From positions 43,979 to 107,978 of the forward strand of contig JACZXB010000002.1 of NCBI GenBank assembly GCA_022571845.1: a DNA stretch of 64,000 bases. The letters run 5' to 3'. The position numbers and the translations under genes were made by a program. Source of the stretch: Candidatus Zixiibacteriota bacterium. GTDB taxonomy: Bacteria; Zixibacteria; MSB-5A5; GN15; FEB-12. The notes under the pieces were generated by a model that made no database searches, was not told the origin of the DNA, and was given only the letters and a program-made list of their open reading frames with translations. Within the stretch, counting starts at the first letter, position 1; each line of letters starts with the position of its first letter. Below, piece after piece: positions 28,872-37,421 of this stretch.

Positions 28872-29477
28872 TTGAAAAAACTGCTTTTATTTCCTCTGAT
28901 GGCTCTGCTGGTAGTTGCCGGTTGCGGTCAGAAGGGGGAAGATGTACTCACCAACAATAACGGTACTTCGATCACAGACCCCTCAGATGGTACTCTTGAC
29001 CCCGATAACTTCGTACTCTACGCAACTACTGCCAGCTATGGCGAGGGCGCTTATTCTTCACCCGAAGGCATTGAACCGGAAAATATCAATCTGACGGTTG
29101 TCTCCGTTCAATTAAGAAAAGCTGATGATTCACTCGGCTGGATTACTGTCGCAGAGCCGAACGCAACCTATGATTTTCTGCAATTAGTAGACGGCGTTAC
29201 CGCCGAACTGGCCTCGGTAGCCATAGAGCCCGGCCGTTACACCATGTTGCGCATAATTGTGGCTGAGACCAACGAAATAGTTTTTGACGGCACCAGCGAA
29301 TCCCTGACAGTTCCCAGCGGGACAGAAACAGGTGTTAAGCTGAGTTTCAATGTGGTAATCGAGGGTGGTGAAACTTTGACAGCAACAATTGAATTCGATG
29401 CGGCCACTTCCATTATCAGCACCGAACAAGATTATTTGCTGCGCCCGGCCTTCAGACTCCTGATCGACAGCGAATAA
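28872..29477 (+). CDS. DUF4382-like lipoprotein
   Basis: TTG start. Lipobox LLVVAGCGQ. YDFLQLVDG...LASVAIEPGRYTMLRIIV...GTETGVKLSF...IEFDA matches my memory of DUF4382. Confidence 0.6.
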   Translation: MKKLLLFPLMALLVVAGCGQKGEDVLTNNNGTSITDPSDGTLDPDNFVLYATTASYGEGAYSSPEGIEPENINLTVVSVQLRKADDSLGWITVAEPNATYDFLQLVDGVTAELASVAIEPGRYTMLRIIVAETNEIVFDGTSESLTVPSGTETGVKLSFNVVIEGGETLTATIEFDAATSIISTEQDYLLRPAFRLLIDSE

Positions 29478-29502
29478 TAAAAATTAGTATTACAGCACAA
29501 AA

Positions 29503-29533
29503 AAAAGGCCACCAATATGGTGACCTTTTTATT
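29503..29533 (+). terminator. Rho-independent terminator (possibly bidirectional)
   Basis: Stem ggccacc / ggtgacc (one mismatch), flanked by an A-run upstream and ttttt downstream. Confidence 0.55.
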
Positions 29534-29537
29534 TCAT

Positions 29538-29637
29538 CCTTCGACCCCCTCAATTACAAGGGACTTTGTCCGCTCAGGATGACAAATCGTTTTGTGGGCG
29601 GCAGATGTCCTCACACTGTCCTGAGCGCAGCCGAAGG
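29538..29637. repeat. Dispersed nested-hairpin intergenic repeat, copy 2
   Basis: ccttcgaccccctcaattacaaGGGACTTTGTCCGCTCAGgatga... Outer arms ccttcg/cgaagg, inner arms cgctcagga/tcctgagcg. It sits between convergent genes. Confidence 0.65.
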
Positions 29638-29664
29638 GTCTGCCCCTTCATGAACTATTCGTTC

Positions 29665-30348
29665 TTACTTGCTCCCTTTACCCTTACCTTTTTTCTTGTC
29701 TTTGCCTTTAGACTTATTTTTCGCGGGTGCAGCTTTGCCCGGCTTTTTTGAGTTCGCCTGAAGTTTGGCCTTTCTCTGCTTTTCGTGTTTATGCTGCTTC
29801 ACTTTAGCGTTCAGGTTTACAAACCCCTGCTTTTTGCCACGCATTTTTACAATCTCATCAGGAGAGTAGCCATAGCGCTCACTCATAAACTTAATATTCA
29901 CAAAATTGACAACATCGCCATCGCTTAAGTGAATCTTCTTCCAGTCTTTGCGTTTCTTGTTTTTGTAATGCCCCCAGGCCTTACCATAGGGGGGGCCCGG
30001 GTCACTTTCAAAAGAAACGTAGTAGACTTCGGGGGAGAGACCAAAATGAGCTGAGATTTCAAACCATGACTTGCCTTCGGAGCGAAGTTTTACCACCAGT
30101 CCGGCGTCAACATCGCCATGACGGGAGATAAAAAAGACCACCGGCATTTCGTCATCGGGAATATTATGTTTACGGACAACCATTATCTCTGTTGCAGGAG
30201 CTTTGTAATGCTCACCGATTGACAGATAAAAACTTTTTAGTCCGTCCTGGTCGGCAGACAGGCCAAAACTTACGTCAGCGGCCCTGCTAATTACAGCAGT
30301 TATCATAAATGTCAGCAATAGAGCTGAAAAGACTTTCAAGAGTTTCAT
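29665..30348 (-). CDS. Hypothetical secreted protein with extremely Lys-rich C-terminal tail
   Basis: 227 aa. Signal peptide MKLLKVFSALLLTFMITAVISRA. Tail ...KQHKHEKQRKAKLQANSKKPGKAAPAKNKSKGKDKKKGKGKGSK. Confidence 0.6.
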   Translation of the reverse strand: MKLLKVFSALLLTFMITAVISRAADVSFGLSADQDGLKSFYLSIGEHYKAPATEIMVVRKHNIPDDEMPVVFFISRHGDVDAGLVVKLRSEGKSWFEISAHFGLSPEVYYVSFESDPGPPYGKAWGHYKNKKRKDWKKIHLSDGDVVNFVNIKFMSERYGYSPDEIVKMRGKKQGFVNLNAKVKQHKHEKQRKAKLQANSKKPGKAAPAKNKSKGKDKKKGKGKGSK

Positions 30349-30492
30349 ATGTTCCTCCGGGCTTTATCTTCCTTCTGCGATTTCAAGAAAGTACACTTGA
30401 TTATTATCGGAATTCAAACATAAAATAATACTCTTATGTTTGTCGAGTAGATTCAACTTATGTCATTCTAAAGTTCTGCCGACAATTCTAGT

Positions 30493-30783
30493 ATGAACAT
30501 CTTGCTTACAATTCTTGGCTTAGCGCTGCTGGCGTTCGGTTCATTCATAATTGTCTGCAGTTATATAGGGCAGGTGCAAAACTACAAAAACCGAGACAAC
30601 CCAAATGGTCCTCACATCTCACCCATTCCGTTTTTTGGGCCCATTTTAGTGATAGTTGGTTTAGCTTTGCTATCGGTCGAATTGTCACCATGGATGCTGC
30701 TGTTTTTCCTGTTCCACCCGGATACGGTAATAGTGGTTATTGGCCTGATTTGGCTCCTATTCAATCGCCAGAAGCAGAGCTGA
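30493..30783 (+). CDS. Small membrane protein (hypothetical)
   Basis: 96 aa with three hydrophobic helices. Confidence 0.5.
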   Translation: MNILLTILGLALLAFGSFIIVCSYIGQVQNYKNRDNPNGPHISPIPFFGPILVIVGLALLSVELSPWMLLFFLFHPDTVIVVIGLIWLLFNRQKQS

Positions 30784-30801
30784 CTCAAATTTTATCCTGG
30801 G

Positions 30802-30960
30802 TCAGCTGTACATCTGGTTAATTTTTCGGCCTGCATAGAGACCTAACCCGGTGCCAATCATACTCAAAAAGAGTGCTGTGAATATTCCCAGATGATATCC
30901 CAGCCACCAGCCAACCCAGCCACAAATAGAAGAAGAGATTATAACAATGATAACTTTCAT
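30802..30960 (-). CDS. Possible 52-aa membrane peptide (below ORF-track cutoff)
   Basis: My translation is MKVIIVIISSSICGWVGWWLGYHLGIFTALFLSMIGTGLGLYAGRKINQMYS. It has two hydrophobic Gly-zipper-like helices. No further support. Confidence 0.3.
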   Translation of the reverse strand: MKVIIVIISSSICGWVGWWLGYHLGIFTALFLSMIGTGLGLYAGRKINQMYS

Positions 30961-31181
30961 AGTAAGAACTCTATCGGAATCTTTTCAGCAATGATTGAAG
31001 TCAAAACTTCTCTTCAAAGTGAAAAAAGCTTGGGCAATTAAAAGAGCAATACTCTCGACAGGACGATCTTAGAACTTTACTGTCCGCTGTTAAGTACTTA
31101 TTAAGAGAACTGACAAGCAGATTCTTAGTTAATTATCTGTCATTGGTCAGTATGGTCTCGGAGGTCCGTGATTATTAGTTT

Positions 31182-31215
31182 AAAAAAAACTTGCCGACCC
31201 CGAAAGGTCGGCAAG
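31182..31215 (-). terminator. Rho-independent terminator of the 1352-aa gene
   Basis: Perfect stem cttgccgacc / ggtcggcaag (31190..31215), followed on the minus strand by T8 (A-run 31182..31189 on plus). Confidence 0.8.
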
Positions 31216-31244
31216 TATAACAGATTTGAAACTACTTCATGTTT

Positions 31245-31457
31245 CTATGGATGAATTAACTCCGAACCACCACGGAAAATGAAGTCTACAAACATAGTAA
31301 GATCTACGATGCCAACTGAACCGTCGGCATTCACATCGCCTGTCTCCAGGACTAAAGGCGCATCACCACCCCTGAATATGAAGTCGACCATGAAAATAAG
31401 GTCAAGAATAGTGAAATTGCCATCCAGGTTAACATCGCCTGAAATATGTCCGATTAT
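31245..31457 (-). other. C-terminal tandem dockerin-like module (copy D, Cys-less variant)
   Basis: GHISGDVNLDGNFTILDLIFMVDFIFRGGDAPLVLETGDVNADGSVGIVDLTMFVDFIFRGGSELIHP, then stop. Confidence 0.75.
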
Positions 31458-34400
31458 GTTGCAGGTTCCGGACAATCCTCCCGACGGTCCACCGGTGTAA
31501 TCGTAGGTGACGTCGAAGGATGATACAATCTCATCCCAGATAAGAGTTCCGTCCTGTACACATAAAATATAATCAGTGACCGGGTAAGAGATATCAAGGA
31601 CCTGTCCCAAACCAGGCAGAGACTCATGAGACGCCAGTAGTTCAGTACCGCTTATCGGTACAGAACAACCGCTGGTGGGAATAACCATGGCAACTGAACC
31701 AAGATCCACATCAGAAAGTGAATAACCTAAACCCGAGGCATAGGCTTCACTGATGTATAAATGACCGGTTATCGGCTCAAGGGCATATTTCATAACTACG
31801 CGCTTAGGACAGGGGTCCATCGCCCAGGTTGGGTCGCCCTCACCAGCCACATTGATTGTATAGTCCTCAACATCACCGAAGGAAGTGGGTCCACACGGGG
31901 GCGGAGGAGCGTTATAATTCATTCTAACGCGCATTCTGGTGGGTCCCGGAAGTGCGTCACCAGGTACTACCACATTACCGGTATATGGACCTGAACCCGT
32001 AGACACGTCCAAAGTAACCGCTTCAGTCACTTCATCAAAGACGTAATCCTGATTCCAGTCGACCCAGACAGCACCTTGGTCTGTTTCGAAGTAGGGGTTA
32101 CCGAGTGTTATGATAATTGGATAGCTTCCGCCTACTTCCATAGTGGTCGAGAGCGCTGTGTAGTCACCGTACATGTCGCAACCGGTAGTGTTGTTGATAT
32201 CACCGACAGTTACGTTCGAAATATATTCATCGCAAATGTTACTTGTTGCTGAACAGTATGAAAGAACTCCCTCCTCAGCAAGGACAGTGATGGAGTATGG
32301 ACCTTCGGCGCTACTAGACGGGTCAAGCAAAACAGGGTAATAGTAGGTTCCGGCAGGCATACCCTCCCAGTATATCGTGACATTGCCGTCACCACAGTCA
32401 TCAAAGTTAAATGTGCCTGCGGTGGTGAAGTCCGTACACGGGCATCCCAGTGCCAGATTCAGCCAGGCATTACCGAAAGCGGGTGAAGTACCACAATAGC
32501 TAAGGGTAATATTCGCGGTTGCGGGGGTAGTAAATGCCTCCCATGCATGGCCACCGGCGAAGAATTCGCACTCGTGAGTGGCACAAGTGTTATCACCGGT
32601 AAAGGTGACGGGTGTGCCCAGCGTCAGTGCAGTTGGTGTGACCGATGCACAGTTATCATTTGCGGGAGGGTCACAGACGGTACACTCTATGGAAATTACT
32701 CCGTTACCGGTGTTGCTTGCGTAACCCCCGACTTCAATCAAATAGGTATTTCCTGTGACAGCGTCAAATGTGATTTGCGACTGCAGGCCACAGTAGTCAT
32801 CGTTACAGCCAATCAGAGGTGCTGTATTAGGGTCGACTCCGTCATAAATACCTAGATAGGAATCATAAGATGAGCCGCATAAACTTACTGTCGCCGGGCC
32901 TGTGCAGGTAGCCGTATAACAGTACCAGATATTAGCTGAGGTCATACATCCTCCCGGGCCATCGAAACTCGTGCCTATGGTAGTGTATGCCTGATCTACT
33001 ACGTTACCGATTTCTTCGCATTGCTCCCAATCATCGTTTTCAGGACCAGGAGCGGCTTCGGATATCGAGAGATCAAAATTAGGTATGCAAGCCGGTGACG
33101 GCCAGGTGTCTATCATGATATAATAGATGCCCGGATCCAAAGTTATTCCATAGAATCCCTTAGGGCTGCTGCTGGAGCTGGTAACTGTCGCGATACATGT
33201 CGAATTGGCGTCAGGGCATTCGTCATCAATAGACATCCCGGACCATGTCGTACCATTGGGGTCAAGGACAATATCAAGAGATACCGTTGCGCTAACTTCG
33301 ATCGAGTATATAATGTCCTCGCCGCCGTCGTACGATCCCAGACAGGTAGAGCTGTAGTTGTTACCACGACCACATGTCGTCTGACCGGCATCAAGATAGG
33401 GCAGGTCTTCCGGGATCTTAACGATTATCGGGTCAGTACAGTCATCACCGGCCGTTGGACCGGCGGACTGTGCGAAAGTCAAGTCAAAGTCAGGTATACA
33501 GTCCGGAGCTGGCCAGGTATCTACCATCACATAGTAGGTGCCCGGCTCCAAATGTACTCCAAACATCGTATGTGGCGATCCGCTGGAGCTGGTCGAGGTG
33601 CCGATACAGGTTGATGGGTCGGGAGGACAGCTGCCGTCGATCACGAAGCCGGTATAAGTGGTACCCTTGGCGTCGAGTGTTATATCGACATCGATAGCCG
33701 TTGCAACATTGACTTCATAAATAATGTCCTCGCCACCATCGTAAACGCCGAGGCAGGTGGCATCATAATAATCCAGCCTGCCGCAGGTATATTGATTGAG
33801 CAGAGTCACCGGGAGGGCTTCCGAGCCGGCGATATCGACAATTATAGGAATATCACAGTTGTCGCCATCGGCCGGAGGAGGACACTCTTCCACGTTTATT
33901 GTAAACTGGAAATCCGCCTCAATACCGTTACAGCTACCGTCACCTATGAAGACCGGGAAGTAATAGGTTGCCGGTCCGCTCAGGAAATCCCACCAGATGC
34001 GCGGGTTGGTAGAGCCGTCACCGCAATCGTCAAATGAGAAGCCTGTTCTGAGTATATAGGCGTTGCAATCGGTGCACTGGTCATATAGGACAACACCGAT
34101 ACACTCGATATCCGTGCTGGTGCCACAGAAATCTATTTCAACATTGTTACATGCATAAGGTAATTCAAATTTGTACCAAACAGCGTTCCAGTCCAGAACA
34201 CCGGGACAGTCAATTTGAGCGCCGAAGGTGTTTCCGGTGACGACGGTCGGGAACGGTCCGCTGACCAGTTCGGCTGTCGTGCACTCGTCATTTGCTCCAG
34301 AAACTGGACAGGGATCATCGGTGCAGTTGAGTCCTGAGGACCAGTTACCGCCGAGAGATCCGCAGTCGGCTTCGGTAATTTCGTCTTCACATGACGGAGC

Positions 34401-35303
34401 AGTCGGGTCGCCATAGCAGCAACGGCCGACCGGAATGGCGGCATCGTTGATAGATATGGCATCCACTGAAAACTGAGCGCCGTCAAAACCATAGTACCTA
34501 AACGCTATTTTTACATCGGTGTAGCCAAGATAGGCAGTCAGTGGCAGGGTGGTATTGTACCAGGTCCAGCTAGTAAATTCGCCCACTTCATTTTCCGACC
34601 AAATTGGACTGCCCCAGGTAGCGCCGCCATCCGTAGACACGTAAATTTCCAGATCGCAGTTGTTATTAGGATCTACCGACCAGAAATAACTTCCCATCCA
34701 ATAGAATTCTAATACCCAGTCGGTGCCGGAAGTGGTCAGGTCGACCGAGGGACTAATAAGCCACTCGTTCTGTGTGCCAGAGAAGGTGTTGTCGTAAAAA
34801 CATGAGACGTTGTAGCTGCCTTCAAACGGGTCAAAGCTGTCTATCTCCCATGTAAAGGGGTTGGCGACAGTTGTCGACCAGCCGGTTGGTGGGACTGCGC
34901 CGCCTTCGAAGCCTTCAGCAAGCAAGTCCACACGATTGGTCGAGGGGACATAATTTGATGACCCGGCCCATGGGTTTGTTCTGAGGTCCTCCGCTTGCAG
35001 ACGTTGTGCAAACGGGCGATTCGCTTGCTCCAGGGCCAAACGTTGAGCAATCTCTTCATCTGAGGGCTGCTGGCCGTCCGACCAAACCGGAGGACGCCCC
35101 TCATCCTCAAGTGGCACAGTTAATAAGTCGTGCTCAGGTTCGTTCTGAGCTTTCAGTTCCCAGTTCGGTCCCTGGAGACTCAATATAGGTTCGACAGAAT
35201 TTGGGCTTCGAGGCGGTCTTTCAGCACTGACCACGTTGTAGCCGATAGTGATCGCGACCGCGATCAACGCTACAGAACAAGCCGTTAGCAAGATTCGTTT
35301 CAT
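31245..35303 (-). CDS. Giant secreted modular protein: choice-of-anchor-J-like domain + five Cys-rich PPC-like modules + GEVED-like domain + C-terminal tandem dockerin-like module
   Basis: 1352 aa, GGAGG RBS, N-terminal TM/signal segment. FEGGAVPPTGWS...NEWLISPSVDL...LEIYVSTDGGATW is choice-of-anchor-J-like. PPC-like modules start with (A/G)ND.C and contain D.W.A.WYKF-type motifs. FGDVEDYTINV is the GEVED signature. Confidence 0.85.
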   Translation of the reverse strand: MKRILLTACSVALIAVAITIGYNVVSAERPPRSPNSVEPILSLQGPNWELKAQNEPEHDLLTVPLEDEGRPPVWSDGQQPSDEEIAQRLALEQANRPFAQRLQAEDLRTNPWAGSSNYVPSTNRVDLLAEGFEGGAVPPTGWSTTVANPFTWEIDSFDPFEGSYNVSCFYDNTFSGTQNEWLISPSVDLTTSGTDWVLEFYWMGSYFWSVDPNNNCDLEIYVSTDGGATWGSPIWSENEVGEFTSWTWYNTTLPLTAYLGYTDVKIAFRYYGFDGAQFSVDAISINDAAIPVGRCCYGDPTAPSCEDEITEADCGSLGGNWSSGLNCTDDPCPVSGANDECTTAELVSGPFPTVVTGNTFGAQIDCPGVLDWNAVWYKFELPYACNNVEIDFCGTSTDIECIGVVLYDQCTDCNAYILRTGFSFDDCGDGSTNPRIWWDFLSGPATYYFPVFIGDGSCNGIEADFQFTINVEECPPPADGDNCDIPIIVDIAGSEALPVTLLNQYTCGRLDYYDATCLGVYDGGEDIIYEVNVATAIDVDITLDAKGTTYTGFVIDGSCPPDPSTCIGTSTSSSGSPHTMFGVHLEPGTYYVMVDTWPAPDCIPDFDLTFAQSAGPTAGDDCTDPIIVKIPEDLPYLDAGQTTCGRGNNYSSTCLGSYDGGEDIIYSIEVSATVSLDIVLDPNGTTWSGMSIDDECPDANSTCIATVTSSSSSPKGFYGITLDPGIYYIMIDTWPSPACIPNFDLSISEAAPGPENDDWEQCEEIGNVVDQAYTTIGTSFDGPGGCMTSANIWYCYTATCTGPATVSLCGSSYDSYLGIYDGVDPNTAPLIGCNDDYCGLQSQITFDAVTGNTYLIEVGGYASNTGNGVISIECTVCDPPANDNCASVTPTALTLGTPVTFTGDNTCATHECEFFAGGHAWEAFTTPATANITLSYCGTSPAFGNAWLNLALGCPCTDFTTAGTFNFDDCGDGNVTIYWEGMPAGTYYYPVLLDPSSSAEGPYSITVLAEEGVLSYCSATSNICDEYISNVTVGDINNTTGCDMYGDYTALSTTMEVGGSYPIIITLGNPYFETDQGAVWVDWNQDYVFDEVTEAVTLDVSTGSGPYTGNVVVPGDALPGPTRMRVRMNYNAPPPPCGPTSFGDVEDYTINVAGEGDPTWAMDPCPKRVVMKYALEPITGHLYISEAYASGLGYSLSDVDLGSVAMVIPTSGCSVPISGTELLASHESLPGLGQVLDISYPVTDYILCVQDGTLIWDEIVSSFDVTYDYTGGPSGGLSGTCNIIGHISGDVNLDGNFTILDLIFMVDFIFRGGDAPLVLETGDVNADGSVGIVDLTMFVDFIFRGGSELIHP
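33045..33869 (-). repeat. Tandem duplication of a ~135-aa Cys-rich PPC-like module inside the giant gene (aa ~479-616 and ~618-753)
   Basis: GDNCDIPIIV...TCGR...TCLGVYDGGEDIIYEVNV...GTYYVMVDTWPAPDCIPDFDL is mirrored by GDDCTDPIIV...TCGR...TCLGSYDGGEDIIYSIEV...GIYYIMIDTWPSPACIPNFDL. Confidence 0.85.
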
Positions 35304-35852
35304 AACTTCCTCCGAGTTAGTTAAGGGATTACCCCAATTGCAATTGTAGAAAAATTGTTCTTACCTATTATCATTTAATAAAACCATTATCATCCACAGA
35401 ACCTCCCGGCGCCGTCAAAGCACCACAGAAAAGTTGTTCTACCCTTTGCAGGTAAAATTATGAATGGGTGAGCACTGAAAATAGATTGGCGAAAAACAGA
35501 AACTAAGAGCGACAGAAAGGTGTAAATTTGTCAACCTTCAAAGTTCACTCTCTTTCTGTGCAGAACTCAAACTCTACTCCCGTCCATGAAAGAGCATGAA
35601 TCGGTGCCAAATATGAGGCACACCCAATAAATTACCTATTTTGAAAACTCTTATTATTAAATTAGACTGTAAAAAAGGTGCTTGTCAAGGACTTTTTGCT
35701 CTTTTAAATGATTTAATTGTATCGCAAAATCCAGGCTTTGATTCCAAATCAATACCACCCGGCAGCACGATCCTAGATCTCTTCTGCCGTTTATGGAGTA
35801 TTATCTACCAGCACTCTGGTCATGCAGCCATACAAAAAATGGCTTAGTTCAA

Positions 35853-36074
35853 TTAGCACGGCCCGGGAGATGGTCCGCCGCGAAAGATTCTGTCCACCAG
35901 GAAAGTCAAATCAAGAATATCTGCAGGATTGTTGTCACCATTAACATCGCTTTCATTTGGGCATCCACCCGAATCGCCGCTACCTCTGAATATAAAATCC
36001 ACTGTGAAGGTCAAGTCTAAGATATCAGCATCGTCTCCATCACCATTCAGATCACCCCTGTTGCCGACACAACA
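35853..36074 (-). other. C-terminal tandem dockerin-like module (copy E)
   Basis: CCVGNRGDLNGDGDDADILDLTFTVDFIFRGSGDSGGCPNESDVNGDNNPADILDLTFLVDRIFRGGPSPGPC, then stop. Confidence 0.75.
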
Positions 36075-36578
36075 GCAAGCGTCGCCTATACCATCGCCAT
36101 CAGTATCTGCTTGACCCGGATTCGGGGTGTTCGGGCAGTTGTCCTCCGTATCCACGACACCGTCACCATCTGAATCAATTCCTATAATCGTTAAATTCCC
36201 ATTGCTAATATCCTGGTAATCAGTTCCACTATTGTCCATCCTCACACGGACTCGAACTTGATTGGATTGGTTATCTGGAACTGTCCAGTCATACGTATGA
36301 ATACTTCCAACGCCTGGATCGCCCGCAGGTAAATCCATGGCAATTACCAGCCAAGGGCCTCCAGCACCAGTAGTCGAGTACCATAAATCCCAGTTTTGCA
36401 AATTGTGCGAAATCGCAATAGACCATCGGATAGTATAAATGGAACCAACTTCGAGGGTTTCACCACCGTTGGGATCCGACAGCGTCACGTGTCCATTGGC
36501 ATTGCTGGCCAGTTGGAGCATGCTTACAATGGCTACCATAAGATAGAGAGAGCGCTTGAGATTGTGTGATTTGTTCAT
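35853..36578 (-). CDS. Small secreted protein: Ig-like N-domain + thrombospondin type-3-like Ca-binding repeats + C-terminal tandem dockerin-like module
   Basis: 241 aa with a signal peptide. DSDGDGVVDTEDNCPNTPNPGQADTDGDGIGDAC is a TSP3-type repeat. Confidence 0.8.
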   Translation of the reverse strand: MNKSHNLKRSLYLMVAIVSMLQLASNANGHVTLSDPNGGETLEVGSIYTIRWSIAISHNLQNWDLWYSTTGAGGPWLVIAMDLPAGDPGVGSIHTYDWTVPDNQSNQVRVRVRMDNSGTDYQDISNGNLTIIGIDSDGDGVVDTEDNCPNTPNPGQADTDGDGIGDACCCVGNRGDLNGDGDDADILDLTFTVDFIFRGSGDSGGCPNESDVNGDNNPADILDLTFLVDRIFRGGPSPGPC

Positions 36579-36738
36579 GGTCTTCTTTCCCAGAAATTTT
36601 CGATTTTTCTAAAAGGACTCCAATAATCTACTATCTGGATCAAAAATTGTCAACTGCCGACTGCAGTATTTATCTGAAGCTATTTAAGCAACTACGAGTG
36701 AGGCGAGAGCGGTCTTTAAGAATTTTGCTATCGTAATA

Positions 36739-37065
36739 CTATTGTCCGATTTCTGAACTCTTCACTTCTGAATCTCCAAAATATATCTCGACTCCCCCTG
36801 TGTAGTGTGAAATGATTTTGTACGCCCAGGCGATGAAAGCACCGCCTAGAAAGCCAAAAACGCTGCCCAAAATGGGCAAAAAGATAAATGCTCCGGCGCC
36901 AATGACACCCAAAGAAAAGGGGGGTTGTGGAGAACCCGCATCCGATAAATCTACAGATAATAAAGTGACAGCAGAAATTAATATACCGCAAACCAAACCC
37001 ATAACAGCGAACAATATGCCCGACAATTTTGCGATAGAAAATACCCCAAATCTTTTGATTATCAT
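36739..37065 (-). CDS. Small membrane protein (hypothetical; DUF3566-like from memory)
   Basis: MIIKRFGVFSIAKLSGILFAVMGLVCGILISAV... with two TM helices. The ORF-track start at 37104 would abut tRNA-Arg, so I prefer the ATG at 37065. Confidence 0.5.
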   Translation of the reverse strand: MIIKRFGVFSIAKLSGILFAVMGLVCGILISAVTLLSVDLSDAGSPQPPFSLGVIGAGAFIFLPILGSVFGFLGGAFIAWAYKIISHYTGGVEIYFGDSEVKSSEIGQ

Positions 37066-37106
37066 AATGCTCTCTCTTGATTTTATAAAAAAACGGCTTT
37101 TCAAAT

Positions 37107-37180
37107 TACCCCCGACAGGATTCGAACCTGTTACCCTCTGCTTAGAAGGCAGATGCTCTATCCAAATGAGCTACGGGGGC
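37107..37180 (-). tRNA. tRNA-Arg (anticodon TCT)
   Basis: Reverse complement GCCCCCGTAGCTCATTTGGATAGAGCATCTGCCTTCTAAGCAGAGGGTAACAGGTTCGAATCCTGTCGGGGGTA folds as a cloverleaf: 7-bp acceptor, anticodon loop CTTCTAA, T-loop TTCGAAT. Confidence 0.9.
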
Positions 37181-37421
37181 ACAAACGTAGTTTTTTTCTT
37201 TCCCTGGCAAAATACCGAACCATAGCCCTATAGGCAATTAAAACTTAAAGTCCCTAGCCGGTTTCCGAGACCTCAAGTTAACAGATTAAGAGAATCTGCA
37301 TTAAAGCCGATAAAGAGGTACACTCAAAGGCTGTCAGCAAACGAAGCCTTTAATAAACATTTTGGAGAGAGCAGACTGCGGTGAAATTGTCAACAGACTC
37401 CAAACCGCGCTGCTGTAGAAA

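Noticed and set aside
35304-35852. 549-nt gap between two dockerin-tagged genes with a 68-aa TTG ORF (35641..35847)
   Set aside because: No convincing coding signal, repeats or RNA structure. It is most simply the promoter and leader region of the giant gene.
20999-36074. RGD tripeptide at the start of five of the six modules as an integrin-binding motif
   Set aside because: The GD is simply the first two residues of the Ca-binding loop (GD.N.DG), and the preceding Arg is most simply a family-specific residue. There is no host-association context.
36812-37225. 137-aa plus ORF overlapping tRNA-Arg, and the 90-aa minus ORF at 40240..40512 overlapping tRNA-Pro
   Set aside because: Both read through clear cloverleaf tRNA genes, and one is also antisense to a membrane-protein gene. 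Both are spurious.
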